Part shown: piece after piece, positions 50,049 through 59,881 of the stretch
Position numbering within the stretch: the first letter of the stretch is position 1
Layout: every line of letters begins with the position of its first letter
Assembly (NCBI GenBank): GCA_041662585.1
Contig: JBAZSG010000001.1
Coordinates: 2,381-66,380, forward strand
Reading direction: 5' to 3'
Length of the DNA stretch: 64,000 nucleotides
From: Patescibacteria group bacterium
GTDB taxonomy: Bacteria; Patescibacteriota; Patescibacteriia; UBA1558; GWA2-36-10
Notes under the pieces: generated by a model
What the model was told of the DNA's origin: nothing
Seen by the model: only the letters and a program-made list of their open reading frames with translations
The model's database searches: none
Program-made: the position numbers and the translations under genes

Positions 50049-53000
50049 TTATTTTGTATACTCCAACCCCCTGCTACCTTCTTTGGATTTTATGCCCTTA
50101 AGCGGTATGGTCACAAAAAAAGTACTGCCCTTGTGTTCTACCGATTTAAACCATATTTTACCATCAAATTGATCTATAATTGATTTTACTATATAAAGCC
50201 CCAAACCAGTGCCATCGGTTTCTCGTTCTTTAGCATTGTCGGCTCTAAATAATTTGGTAAATATCTTATTTTGCTGAGCTTTGGGAATACCAATGCCACT
50301 ATCAGCTACCTCTATCTTTATGTTATTTTTATTTTTTTCAATACTAATACTGATCTGTCCTTTGACCGGAGTATATTTTAAAGCATTGGAAAGTAAATTT
50401 TGCCAAACTATACGCATCAACTTATCATCCAAATTTATCTTGGGTATATTTTTACCAATTTTTTTATTAACCTTTAATTGTTTTTTATTGAGCAATGGCT
50501 TGATTTCATTTAAAACACTTTCTACTTGATCAATCAAATTAGTTGGTTTGGGGTCAATAGCCAGTTTGCCTAGCTCAATTCTACTGACATTTAAAAGAGC
50601 GTTCACTAAATCAATCATCCTTTGATTACCATTATACACTTCAGACACAAATTCCTTCTGCTCTTTATTTAATTTACCCATTTCTCCAGATAAAAGCATT
50701 TCCGCATACCAATTGATAGTGGCCAGTGGTGTTCTCAACTGATGAGAAGCCAGAGACACAAACTCTGATTTGGCTCTGTCTATATTTTTTTCTTCGGTCA
50801 TGTCCCTTTCAATACCCACAAAAAATTTCACATGCCCATGCTCATCTAAAATTGGGGAAATACTGCTCAAAGAGTCATAAGCCGTGCCATCTTTACGTTT
50901 ATTTTTTAAATAACCAATAAAAACATTTTTATCTTTTTTAATAGTGTCCCACAGCTTATCATAAATATCTATAGACATAAGACCACCCCAATTCTTTTTG
51001 GTACCTACTTTTTTGCCCAAAACTTCTTTTAGAGAAAAACCAGTTATTTTCTCTACGGCCTTATTAGCATAAAGACAATTACCATTTTCATCAGTTATGA
51101 CAATATGATCTGAAGCATTGTCTACAGCTAATTTAAATTTTTCTAAATCTTTGGCCAGATTATCAACTTTTATTTTTTCTGCTTCCACATCTTCTAAGAT
51201 ATTTAAAACCGCCGATTGCTTTTTATTTAACTCCTGATTTTTTATCCTAATTTCTTTGGTCTGCAGGGCAACTTTTTTATCTACCTCTGATCTAGATTGT
51301 TTAATGGTGGAAATCATTATATTAAAACTTTCAGCCAAATCTCTTAACTCATCTTTGGTTTCAATATATACTTTATTATCCAAATTACCTCCAGTTACTA
51401 TATTAATACTTTCTTTTAGCTTATCGATTGGTTTGGATATAAATTTGCTAAGTAAAAGACTAAAAATTATGGTTATAATTAAAATTACTAAAATTATCAA
51501 GTATATATAAAACAAACCAGCTTGCGTGATATCATCTAAAATATGTTTATCCACCTTAGAAAACAAAACCCAATAATAATCCTGACCCTGGACTTTTGTG
51601 GTTTTACTAGTATAAACCTGATTTGAGCCAACACTACTTATGTCTTCTTTCCCACTCGGATATATAAATTGATAGCTAATATAACAATCCTCAATTGGAC
51701 AAAAAAACTGATCAATCTGGTCATTGGGATTTTTTATTTTCTCATAAATACTCGGATAAACATTACTTAAATTATTTTCAGTTTTATCAAACATAAAACC
51801 CCACTCCATATTATCGTCGGGGTGACTCAAAAAATAACCTTCTTTATTGATCAGATAATTCTGCCGAAAATTATTTGGATTAGAATCTATTATATCCAAT
51901 AATTGTCTAGCATCTATATTCGTAATGATAATACCCCTGATTTTTCCATCAACATCAAAAACCGGCGTGCTATATCTTATCACTGGCTTATAAGGGACTT
52001 CTACTGTCTCTTGCTCTATATTCAAATCTAGTGGCGAAACAAAGACCGTACCGCGTTGAGTAATAATGGCATCTTCAAAATAATATCTACCTTTTTTATT
52101 TTGCAACTTATCTTCTGAGACAGCAAAAATCTCTGTGCCACTATTATCAACTCGAACAATTTCTTGTCCAGTTTCGTCTATATATCTTATTTGATAATAA
52201 ATTTTCCTTTGCTTAGAAAAATTTAAAAAGCTATCTTTTAAATTATTTTTGTATAAATCACTATTACCATCCTCCCGATTCAAAAGATTATTTAAACTAG
52301 ATAATTGACTCAAAAATAAAATGTCCTCTCGCCCCAGTCTCAAAAAATATTCAATAGATTCTTTTTTAATTTCCAGATCCCTTAATTCTTCTTGCAAATA
52401 TTCTGCTTCTAAAACCCGCGCTGTATTACTGTAAAAATAAGCTGAAATAGCCAAAATTGGGATTAGGGCTACCAAAATCATAGTAATGGTGATTTTATAT
52501 CTGATATTAAAACTTTTCACTTCGAAGTCAAAAATACCCCATTTATAAATTATATAAAGAGTAATTATTAATAAAGATAAAATTCCTAAAAAGGCCAATC
52601 GAGGGAAATCTATATTTAAAATTGGAAATAAAATATTAGATATAGCCACTAATATAAAAACAAAAATCAGACCAGAAACAAAATATTTTAAAGCTATTTT
52701 TTCATCCAAATCTCTTGAGGTCATAATTTTTTTAATAACAAGAAATATTGAAAATAATAATATCACACCCATTAAAGCTCCCCAATAGACAAATCCCCCA
52801 CCAACTATAAAATTGGAATCGCCGGTAAATCTAAGTGGCCTTAGATCACTAATTATATAGCTGGTAAATAATATTAAATAAGCTACTAAAAAGAATAATG
52901 GGTATGAAATGTAAATTAAAAATTTTGATAACTTTAAATCTACTTTTATAACAATTGTCCTAAATAATAAAGTAGCTAATAAAAATGAAGCAAAGACGCT

Positions 53001-53210
53001 CAATCGCCAAAAAAATAAATTTAAATTATTATTAAAAAAACCTTCTAGAGTAAAAAAATCAGCTGCAAACCAAAAAGCAGAAGTTGCAAAAGTAAACAAA
53101 ACCGCCTGATCCAGTCTAGTTCTTTTTCTGTACCTAAATAAAGCTACAAAAAACCAAATAGTAGCTACAAAAGATAATAAATAAAGAATCGAGTATATAA
53201 AAAATATCAT
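50049..53210 (-). CDS. Sensor histidine kinase (N-terminal multi-TM domain, Cache-like periplasmic domain, HAMP, PAS, HisKA, HATPase)
   Basis: H-box SHQLRTPLATINWYAEML, N-box QNLLSNALKYT, G-boxes ADSGIGIP and GTGLGLYIV. About 7 N-terminal TM helices, then an extracytoplasmic region and a second TM/HAMP. Confidence 0.85.
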   Translation of the reverse strand: MIFFIYSILYLLSFVATIWFFVALFRYRKRTRLDQAVLFTFATSAFWFAADFFTLEGFFNNNLNLFFWRLSVFASFLLATLLFRTIVIKVDLKLSKFLIYISYPLFFLVAYLILFTSYIISDLRPLRFTGDSNFIVGGGFVYWGALMGVILLFSIFLVIKKIMTSRDLDEKIALKYFVSGLIFVFILVAISNILFPILNIDFPRLAFLGILSLLIITLYIIYKWGIFDFEVKSFNIRYKITITMILVALIPILAISAYFYSNTARVLEAEYLQEELRDLEIKKESIEYFLRLGREDILFLSQLSSLNNLLNREDGNSDLYKNNLKDSFLNFSKQRKIYYQIRYIDETGQEIVRVDNSGTEIFAVSEDKLQNKKGRYYFEDAIITQRGTVFVSPLDLNIEQETVEVPYKPVIRYSTPVFDVDGKIRGIIITNIDARQLLDIIDSNPNNFRQNYLINKEGYFLSHPDDNMEWGFMFDKTENNLSNVYPSIYEKIKNPNDQIDQFFCPIEDCYISYQFIYPSGKEDISSVGSNQVYTSKTTKVQGQDYYWVLFSKVDKHILDDITQAGLFYIYLIILVILIITIIFSLLLSKFISKPIDKLKESINIVTGGNLDNKVYIETKDELRDLAESFNIMISTIKQSRSEVDKKVALQTKEIRIKNQELNKKQSAVLNILEDVEAEKIKVDNLAKDLEKFKLAVDNASDHIVITDENGNCLYANKAVEKITGFSLKEVLGKKVGTKKNWGGLMSIDIYDKLWDTIKKDKNVFIGYLKNKRKDGTAYDSLSSISPILDEHGHVKFFVGIERDMTEEKNIDRAKSEFVSLASHQLRTPLATINWYAEMLLSGEMGKLNKEQKEFVSEVYNGNQRMIDLVNALLNVSRIELGKLAIDPKPTNLIDQVESVLNEIKPLLNKKQLKVNKKIGKNIPKINLDDKLMRIVWQNLLSNALKYTPVKGQISISIEKNKNNIKIEVADSGIGIPKAQQNKIFTKLFRADNAKERETDGTGLGLYIVKSIIDQFDGKIWFKSVEHKGSTFFVTIPLKGIKSKEGSRGLEYTK

Positions 53211-53701
53211 ATCTTACTCTTTAATTTATTTTTCAGCTCGATCATTTTGAGTTCACGATTAATCATCAGTTTATTGATCCTTTCTAATTCCTTGACTTTA
53301 TTCTTTAAATCTTCATTAATCTTTTTGTTAGTTGTGACATCCAAAATCATAATCAAATCTTCTGTATTATTACCAGCCTCATCTTTAATCGGTCTAGCCA
53401 TGATCAAACCAACTTTTTTCTCTCCTGATTTGGAAATAAAATCTAGCTCATAGGGAGCGACATCTTTACCAGCCATACGGTAAGTAAAATTTTTAAGAGC
53501 TTTTGCTTTGCCAATTTTTGTTAAGTAGGGAAGCTGCAGTAAATTTTTACCTAAAACCTCTTCTTTTTTATACCCCAGCCAATCGTATAAACGATTGTTA
53601 ACATCAATCAAGGTTCCCTTTTTATCTAAAATAACAATAGCTTCTGGCGATAACTCAAAAATCAACTTATATCTATTTTTATTTTCTTTTTTAAATAGCA
53701 T
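53207..53701 (-). CDS. Stand-alone PAS-domain protein with C-terminal coiled coil
   Basis: PAS S-box-like ILDKKGTLIDVNNRLYDWLGYKKEEVLGKNLLQL. Its stop overlaps the HK start by 4 nt (ATGA). Confidence 0.55.
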   Translation of the reverse strand: MLFKKENKNRYKLIFELSPEAIVILDKKGTLIDVNNRLYDWLGYKKEEVLGKNLLQLPYLTKIGKAKALKNFTYRMAGKDVAPYELDFISKSGEKKVGLIMARPIKDEAGNNTEDLIMILDVTTNKKINEDLKNKVKELERINKLMINRELKMIELKNKLKSKI

Positions 53702-53722
53702 ATAAAAAATATTAATTTTTAT

Positions 53723-54142
53723 TTAAAAATCGGCTACTTCTTGCCAAGAACTCAAAATAATCTGTGGTTTTATTTTGGTTACATCAATTTCCAGCTTACG
53801 CACCACTACTCCCACTGTAGAAGATGCTTGAATATTTCTGGTTTGTCCACCGGTATTGGTAACAAAATACCCGCAAGTCCCCAGACTAAAATTTAAACTA
53901 CCATAGCCAACAAAAGGAAGAGAACCTTTCATCTGCTGCAAAGCCTCTTCGGCACAAGCATTGGTCAAGTGCCTAGCCTGATAAGATTGCTGTAAAAGCA
54001 AACTGTTTTTTGATAAATTGGCCCCCACTAAAAGCAAAGATGTAGCAATGGCTACCGCTATAGCACCCACTATTACCAAAACTAGCAAGATAGAATATCC
54101 TTGATCTTTATTATAACATATTTTATCAACTACTCTGAACAT
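53723..54142 (-). CDS. Pilin-like/pilus-associated small protein lacking canonical prepilin cleavage motif
   Basis: N-terminal hydrophobic helix YSILLVLVIVGAIAVAIATSLLLVG without the G-F-T-L-x-E signature. Positioned at the end of the pilin gene run. Confidence 0.4.
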   Translation of the reverse strand: MFRVVDKICYNKDQGYSILLVLVIVGAIAVAIATSLLLVGANLSKNSLLLQQSYQARHLTNACAEEALQQMKGSLPFVGYGSLNFSLGTCGYFVTNTGGQTRNIQASSTVGVVVRKLEIDVTKIKPQIILSSWQEVADF

Positions 54143-54146
54143 AAAA

Positions 54147-54653
54147 TTATCTCAAGCTAACAGACGTATAAAAAGTCTTAGACCATTTAAATTCTGGTCG
54201 ACTAGAATTACTTACATAATCCAAGGTAAATTCTACTCTAATAATCCCTGGCGTGTTGCTTTTTGAAAGATTAGTAAAATTAATGTTTGTAATCTCCACC
54301 GAAGAAGAATTTAAAACTACTGGCGAAGAGGCCCCTTCTGTAATATATAAATTACCCCCACTAAAACTAAAAATTGTCGGATTACTAGCTACTGTCGGCA
54401 TCTGTAAAGAAAGATTGGAGCTACTCACCCCCGTGGCTGGAGAATCAATAGCCGAAGCGTTAACGACATATTGACTAATCAAATTTAAAATTTGTACACC
54501 CTGCTGTTCCACTTCAGTGATAGTTTTATTTTTTACCCGAGAAGCTATATGAAGCTGAAAAAAACCAGTTATCGCCAATAATATTAAAGAAGCCAAGCTA
54601 ATATATATTATCAACTCTACCAATGTAAAACCCTTTTTATTTAAAATACTCAT
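54147..54653 (-). CDS. Type IV pilin/pseudopilin (prepilin N-terminus)
   Basis: MSILNKKGFTLVELIIYISLASLILLAITGFF: class III signal with G-1, F+1, E+5. Confidence 0.75.
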   Translation of the reverse strand: MSILNKKGFTLVELIIYISLASLILLAITGFFQLHIASRVKNKTITEVEQQGVQILNLISQYVVNASAIDSPATGVSSSNLSLQMPTVASNPTIFSFSGGNLYITEGASSPVVLNSSSVEITNINFTNLSKSNTPGIIRVEFTLDYVSNSSRPEFKWSKTFYTSVSLR

Positions 54654-54662
54654 ATAATGATA

Positions 54663-55295
54663 TTACAAACAACAACAGGTGTCCGTGTTTGGGTTTATTG
54701 GGCAATATATATCACCCCCCGTTTCATAAATTTCATTGTTATTTAAACACTGCTGAGGATTCTGACGACAGGTTCCGGAAATATAATTAATGGAGACACA
54801 ATACTCAGCACAATCTACAAATACTAGTGGTATTGACTCTGCCCAATTATTTAAATAAGTGGTTAAAGCTATTGTACCAACACGCTGTGGTGTTTGCTGC
54901 CAACTTACTTCGGCTATTACTTGCTTGCTATCAATAGATATAGTGCTAATAGTAAGTTCCCTAGTAAAAATGCCAACATTGTCAGAGCTGCCACTAAAGA
55001 TCCACTCATTACTAGAAGTAGCCAAACCATAAGTACCATCTACTAAATTGGAAAAATTATTATCCCGAATATTTCTAGTAGCTTCTAGACCCTCGGCAGC
55101 CAAAAATATAGCCCTACTCCTATCACCAGACAAACGAGCCGCTTCTCGACCGTAAACTAAGCTACCGCCTAAAGCTGTTACTAACAAAACAAATAAAGCG
55201 CTGGATAGAATTACTTCAACCAAAGAAATACCTCGATTATCAGTAACTGATAATCCCTCGGCTATTGATGGTGATTGTTTTATTGGTATTGGCAT
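54663..55295 (-). CDS. Type IV pilin-like protein (minor pilin candidate)
   Basis: ...DNRGISLVEVILSSALFVLLVTALGG prepilin-like N-terminus, with a Cys-rich C-terminus. The track ORF extends to 55349 and overlaps the upstream pilin by 110 nt, so I placed the start at the internal Met (MPIPIKQ). A non-ATG start is also possible. Confidence 0.55.
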   Translation of the reverse strand: MPIPIKQSPSIAEGLSVTDNRGISLVEVILSSALFVLLVTALGGSLVYGREAARLSGDRSRAIFLAAEGLEATRNIRDNNFSNLVDGTYGLATSSNEWIFSGSSDNVGIFTRELTISTISIDSKQVIAEVSWQQTPQRVGTIALTTYLNNWAESIPLVFVDCAEYCVSINYISGTCRQNPQQCLNNNEIYETGGDIYCPINPNTDTCCCL

Positions 55296-55692
55296 TGATA
55301 CTAAAATTAATTGTGCCCGTACTTTGAGGACTGGCTGAAAATTTAGCAAAAACTACTTCCGATAAACCAGAGATTTGTATAATATCACTGATATTATAGT
55401 TCTCATCATAATTAATGTCTCGAGACAAATAACTACTACCTTTAAAAAGAGTGATTTGTCCAGAAGATAAAAAAACTCCCCAACTACTATCACGGCTACT
55501 GGCCAATGATAAGAGATTGGCTCTTCTTAAAGCTTGGACTAATTCCATGGTAGCCAGCTCCAAATTATTAGAATTCTGAAATTTATTATAAGACGGTAAA
55601 GTAATGCCAGACAAAATACCAATAACGGCTATAACCAAAATCATTTCTAGTAATGTGAATCCAACGGTTTTTATATTTTTTAATCCTGACAT
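55240..55692 (-). CDS. Type IV pilin/pseudopilin
   Basis: MSGLKNIKTVGFTLLEMILVIAVIGILSGITLPSY: canonical prepilin signature. Confidence 0.75.
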   Translation of the reverse strand: MSGLKNIKTVGFTLLEMILVIAVIGILSGITLPSYNKFQNSNNLELATMELVQALRRANLLSLASSRDSSWGVFLSSGQITLFKGSSYLSRDINYDENYNISDIIQISGLSEVVFAKFSASPQSTGTINFSINANTNKTITINSRGIISY

Positions 55693-55708
55693 ATTAAATC
55701 AAAAATAT

Positions 55709-56914
55709 CTAAAAACCATTTTTATCGGCATAATAAATTACTAAATTCTGACTACTATTAGATTGGTGTGACTCCTGTCTAGAAACACTTTCAGCATTAT
55801 TAATATTGTCCATCAATGTATAAACGGGCAATATTATTCCAATAGCTATAGCCGCTACTCCCAGACCGACCAATATCAAAAGAATCGGTTCTATCATTAC
55901 AGCGACATTCTTGGTAGTACCATCCATCTTGGATTCATAATTTTCTCCCAGCCTAATAAGTGTATCTGACAGCCGTCCAGATTGTTCTCCGGTCACAATA
56001 ATTTGCTGAATAGGTGCTGGCATTATTTTTCTCATCTTTGGATACTCTTTAAAACTTTTTTGAAATGAGTTGCCGTCATCAATGCTCTTGTGTAAATAAT
56101 TATAAAACTTTTTATATTTATTAGAGGTGGTAGAAGAAATCAATGAGTCCAAGGAATCATTGATGGACAAACCAGCCTCCAAAAGAGTACCTAAGATAAA
56201 ACCAAAACGAGACAATTGTGCTTGTTTTATAAAATCCCTTATTACTGGCAGGTTGAATAATAAAACTTCACCGATAAATCTAGTTTTACGAAAGAAAAAT
56301 ATAAAATAAATTAAAACAAAAAATAATAATATAATTAAGGGAATAACATTAAAACTATTGGCACTAACAAAATTTCCAGCTTTAATAATCAGCCTAGTCA
56401 TAAAGGGCAATTCTACATTAAGACTAGAAAAAACTGAAGATAATCTTGGCAGGACAAACCAAGATATAAAAATTCCGACTATAAAAGTAAAAAATAAAAC
56501 AAAAACCGGATAAAGCATAGCCGAACGAACTTTGGAACGAAGTGCATCTTCTTTTTTTTGTTGAGAATTGATAATCTTTAGATTTTCCGCTAAACGACCA
56601 GATTTTTCGCCAATATCAACCAAAGAAATAATATAAGGTGAAAATAATTTTGTACTAGCCAAAGCTTTGGATAAATTAGCTCCGTTGTTTATATCCTCTG
56701 CTATACCATCGACCAAACGCTTCATAACCAAAGATTTTAGTTCTACTTTGATAGATTTGAGAGCATCTAAAACACTTATACCAGATGATAAAAGCATGGA
56801 TAAATTTTCCACCAAATACTGTTTTTCTTCTTTTAAACCAAAACGATATAACCAGCTGACTCGTTTATAGCTAAGCTGCTGGTTACTTTTTTTTATGGAG
56901 TTTGAACTAATCAT
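55709..56914 (-). CDS. pilC: Type IV pilus assembly platform protein PilC (GspF family)
   Basis: Two T2SSF repeats (LSSGISVLDALKSI; LEAGLSINDSLDSL) and three TM segments. Confidence 0.85.
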   Translation of the reverse strand: MISSNSIKKSNQQLSYKRVSWLYRFGLKEEKQYLVENLSMLLSSGISVLDALKSIKVELKSLVMKRLVDGIAEDINNGANLSKALASTKLFSPYIISLVDIGEKSGRLAENLKIINSQQKKEDALRSKVRSAMLYPVFVLFFTFIVGIFISWFVLPRLSSVFSSLNVELPFMTRLIIKAGNFVSANSFNVIPLIILLFFVLIYFIFFFRKTRFIGEVLLFNLPVIRDFIKQAQLSRFGFILGTLLEAGLSINDSLDSLISSTTSNKYKKFYNYLHKSIDDGNSFQKSFKEYPKMRKIMPAPIQQIIVTGEQSGRLSDTLIRLGENYESKMDGTTKNVAVMIEPILLILVGLGVAAIAIGIILPVYTLMDNINNAESVSRQESHQSNSSQNLVIYYADKNGF

Positions 56915-56917
56915 CTT

Positions 56918-58570
56918 CTAATAATTATTAAATGGAGAAACTCGCATCAATTCTTCCAAAGTGGTAACGCCATTTTTTATCTTATCCAAGCCATCTTCAA
57001 ATAAAGATTGACTGCCTTGTTTTTTGGCCAAAGCCCATATTTTTTGTTTGGAAGGATTTTCTAATATCAAATCTTGTAGCTCGGGGGTGATTTTAATAAT
57101 TTCATAAATAGCTGTCCGACCAGTATAACCAGTATAGCCACAGACACTACAACCCTTCCCTCGATAAATAGTACGAAGTTTGTCAATTGATGGTTGATCT
57201 AAATTTTTCATCAATTTTTGAATGACTTCATCATTTTTATCTACGCTAACTCGACATTTTTCACAAATACGCCGTACCAATCTTTGAGCTATTATTAATT
57301 CTAAAGTAGAGGCTAATAAAAACGGCTCTATACCCATATTTAAAATCCTAGGTATAGCTGTGGCCGCATCATTAGAGTGAAAAGTAGATATCAGTAAATG
57401 CCCGGTCAAAGCGGCATTAACAGAAATCTCTGCCGTTTCTTTGTCTCTTATCTCCCCTACCAATATGATATCCGGATCTTGCCTAACAATAGCTCTCAAA
57501 CCTTTGGAAAAAGTCAGATTGGTTTGTTCATTAATCTGAATTTGATTAATACCAGGTATTTTATATTCAGCCGGATCTTCAATGGTGGTGATATTTACTT
57601 CCGGTTTATTCAACAATTTTAACAAAGCGTACAGTGTAGTTGTTTTACCAGAGCCTGTCGGACCGGTCACAATGATCATACCAAATGGTTTGCTAGCCGC
57701 TGTCTGTAGAATCTCTTGGTCTTTTAAAGATAGGCCCAAATTACCAAAATTCAAATTTTTTACATACTCCGCCAAAATACGAATAACTATTTTTTCTCCG
57801 TTTAAAGTCGGAGCAACTGATACTCTTAAGTCTATTTTATTAGTCTCACTAATCTGATAGCGTATAGCCCCATCTTGAGCAGCAAAATGCTCATCGATAC
57901 GCATCCTAGCCTGAACTTTTACTCTATTTAAAATATTTTCATAATACGTTTTGGGTATAACGCCAGCTTCATGCAAAACTCCGTCTACTCGAAAACGAAT
58001 ATTGACAGAGTCTTCCTCTGGTTCAAAATGAATATCCGATGCCTTATAACCCAAAGCATCCTCTATAATCTCATTAATAATTTCTGGAGCAACTCGACCC
58101 TTTTCTTCTATAATTCTGGCAAAACGAGTAGCCAAAGGTTTACGATAATAGCCCAGAGCCTTATCTATATCATCAGCAATAGAAAAATTAATTTTTATTT
58201 TTTTATTGGGGAAAATAGCCTGCAAACTAATCTCCAATTCTGGTTGCTGAGGATCATCGCTGGTGACAGTTATAGAATCTTTGTCTTCAGCAAATAAAAC
58301 TACTCTAAATTTCTTGGCAATTTTTTCTGGTATTTTTAATACCTGCTCCTTCGGTGGTTCATGAGTGTTCAAATCAGCATAAACCACCCCTAAAGATTCG
58401 GCAATGGCCTGCCCCAACAGATCTTTGGTAATAATGCCAGCAGACAAAAGATAGTCTGTAATCAAAACATTATTATTTTTTATATATTCTTTAGCCACCT
58501 CCAAGTCTTGCTGTTCTACATAATTTTCACTAGCCAAGATATCAATAATTTTCTTGCTATCCAGCCTCAT
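56918..58570 (-). CDS. pilB: Type IV pilus assembly ATPase PilB (GspE family)
   Basis: Walker A GPTGSGKTTTL, Asp box and Walker B IILVGEIRD, His box, tetracysteine CEKC...CSVC. Confidence 0.9.
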   Translation of the reverse strand: MRLDSKKIIDILASENYVEQQDLEVAKEYIKNNNVLITDYLLSAGIITKDLLGQAIAESLGVVYADLNTHEPPKEQVLKIPEKIAKKFRVVLFAEDKDSITVTSDDPQQPELEISLQAIFPNKKIKINFSIADDIDKALGYYRKPLATRFARIIEEKGRVAPEIINEIIEDALGYKASDIHFEPEEDSVNIRFRVDGVLHEAGVIPKTYYENILNRVKVQARMRIDEHFAAQDGAIRYQISETNKIDLRVSVAPTLNGEKIVIRILAEYVKNLNFGNLGLSLKDQEILQTAASKPFGMIIVTGPTGSGKTTTLYALLKLLNKPEVNITTIEDPAEYKIPGINQIQINEQTNLTFSKGLRAIVRQDPDIILVGEIRDKETAEISVNAALTGHLLISTFHSNDAATAIPRILNMGIEPFLLASTLELIIAQRLVRRICEKCRVSVDKNDEVIQKLMKNLDQPSIDKLRTIYRGKGCSVCGYTGYTGRTAIYEIIKITPELQDLILENPSKQKIWALAKKQGSQSLFEDGLDKIKNGVTTLEELMRVSPFNNY

Positions 58571-58622
58571 ATATTTTTATTTTTAATTTTATTTTAAAAA
58601 CAGCCTAAAACAACTACTTTAT

Positions 58623-58985
58623 TTACATCCTTTTGATGTTTTCTACAATCTCAGATAAAGAAGTATCTGATTTTACAAAATAATCGCTAGCACCCAAAGA
58701 CTTGGCTTTTTCAAAATCTTCAGGCTGACCCAAATTTGAAGTAACGATTACTTTGGTTTTAATGCCGCCTTCTTTAATTTTAGCCAAAACAGAAAATCCA
58801 TCCATCCGAGGCATGATCATGTCCAACAAAAGTAAATCATAAGACTCTTTTTCTAGCTCAGCTAAAGCATCTTCACCATTAAAAACCGCCTTAGCCTCAA
58901 AACCAGCATTATTTAATTTCAAAACCAAGGCCTTGGACATCGGCTTCTCGTCTTCGGCTACTAAAATCTTTTTTATTGTTGCCAT
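58623..58985 (-). CDS. Single-domain response regulator (CheY-like receiver)
   Basis: ILVAEDE, phospho-acceptor D in LLLLDMIMP, T in TKVIVTS, and K near the C-terminus. Confidence 0.85.
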   Translation of the reverse strand: MATIKKILVAEDEKPMSKALVLKLNNAGFEAKAVFNGEDALAELEKESYDLLLLDMIMPRMDGFSVLAKIKEGGIKTKVIVTSNLGQPEDFEKAKSLGASDYFVKSDTSLSEIVENIKRM

Positions 58986-59202
58986 ATTTTTAATATTAAT
59001 CTTATTACTTAATAGTTATATTATACCATATTTATAAGACTTATCCTAAAAATTAAAATTAAAAAAAATATCCACAAGATTAGGCTTTTTAAATTTTTTA
59101 AAATGCGCTATACTAATAAAAATATCTTATGAATATACTATCAAAAAAATACCGACTGCCGTCAGATCTACAACCAAAACTTTTATTTTTAATAATAACA
59201 TC

Positions 59203-59237
59203 AAAAAAATAATCCTAATCTAAGGATTATTTTTTTA
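59203..59237. terminator. Hairpin with A/T flanks (bidirectional terminator candidate)
   Basis: AAAAAAATAATCCT-AATCT-AAGGATTATTTTTTT. Confidence 0.4.
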
Positions 59238-59530
59238 ATAAGCATAATGAATTTAAAACATAAATGAAATGGAGAGCTTTTATGCAAGTACAAGTAGTTC
59301 TTTTTCACTATCAGGCTTCGCTTAGAGGACTTACCTTTGAAGCTAATAAAATGTATGTTTTTAAAATAAAAAAATTGTGGGGAGAACAATTTCTCTGCTA
59401 CCAAGATATATACCTATTATGTATTGATACTTTCCAAAATCAATACGTTGAAACACACTTAATTTCTTGGGTCGACGACCCAGAAATAATAGCTAAATTG
59501 GTGGCCTAGAAACGCCTAAAACATACAAAA

Positions 59531-59568
59531 ACAAAAACCCCTGATTAAGGCAGGGGTTTTATATTTTA
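59531..59568. terminator. Bidirectional Rho-independent terminator
   Basis: AAAAACCCCTG-ATTAAGG-CAGGGGTTTTATATTTT; a GC-rich stem in AT-rich context. Confidence 0.6.
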
Positions 59569-59583
59569 TACGAATCAAAAAAT

Positions 59584-59673
59584 TATTTCTTTTTCTGATT
59601 ATTTCTTCTTTTGAGTTTTTTTCTACGTCTTCTTTTGACGGAAAGTCTTTTGTTTTTTAATTTTGTTCCCATA
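59584..59673 (-). CDS. Possible micro-ORF encoding a 29-aa highly basic peptide
   Basis: Reverse-strand MGTKLKNKRLSVKRRRRKKLKRRNNQKKK, located between tRNA-Ile and a strong terminator. It could be a real basic micropeptide or a chance ORF in an A-rich spacer. Confidence 0.2.
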
Positions 59674-59735
59674 TATTATTTACATTTAACGCTCAAAATA
59701 TATCAAATATTAATCTTTGTGTCAATAATAAAAAG

Positions 59736-59812
59736 TGGTCGTCCTGCTGGGACTTGAACCCAGGACCCCCACTTTATAAGAGTGGTGCTCTAACCAGCTG
59801 AGCTACAGGACG
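59736..59812 (-). tRNA. tRNA with anticodon UAU (tRNA-Ile, AUA-decoding type) as folded by hand
   Basis: Reverse complement folds as acceptor CGTCCTG/CAGGACG, D-arm GCTCAGCTGGTTAGAGC, anticodon stem CCACT/AGTGG with loop CTTATAA, T-arm CTGGG-TTCAAGT-CCCAG, discriminator A, CCA encoded. Confidence 0.75.
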
Positions 59813-59881
59813 TAAATATTAGTCCGCCTCTGACGGAAAACATAAATATTATAAACTAGTTACCATGTTTTGTGAAGCCTT

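Noticed and set aside
53723-54142. Calling the 139-aa protein a PilX/minor pilin.
   Set aside because: It lacks the prepilin cleavage signature and only its position and N-terminal helix support the call, so I kept it as pilin-like at low confidence.
59264-59509. 81-aa plus-strand ORF between two terminator-like hairpins.
   Set aside because: It has no RBS, no recognisable motif and unusual residue composition, in a spacer that could equally hold an ncRNA. I left it as an uncalled possibility rather than a feature.
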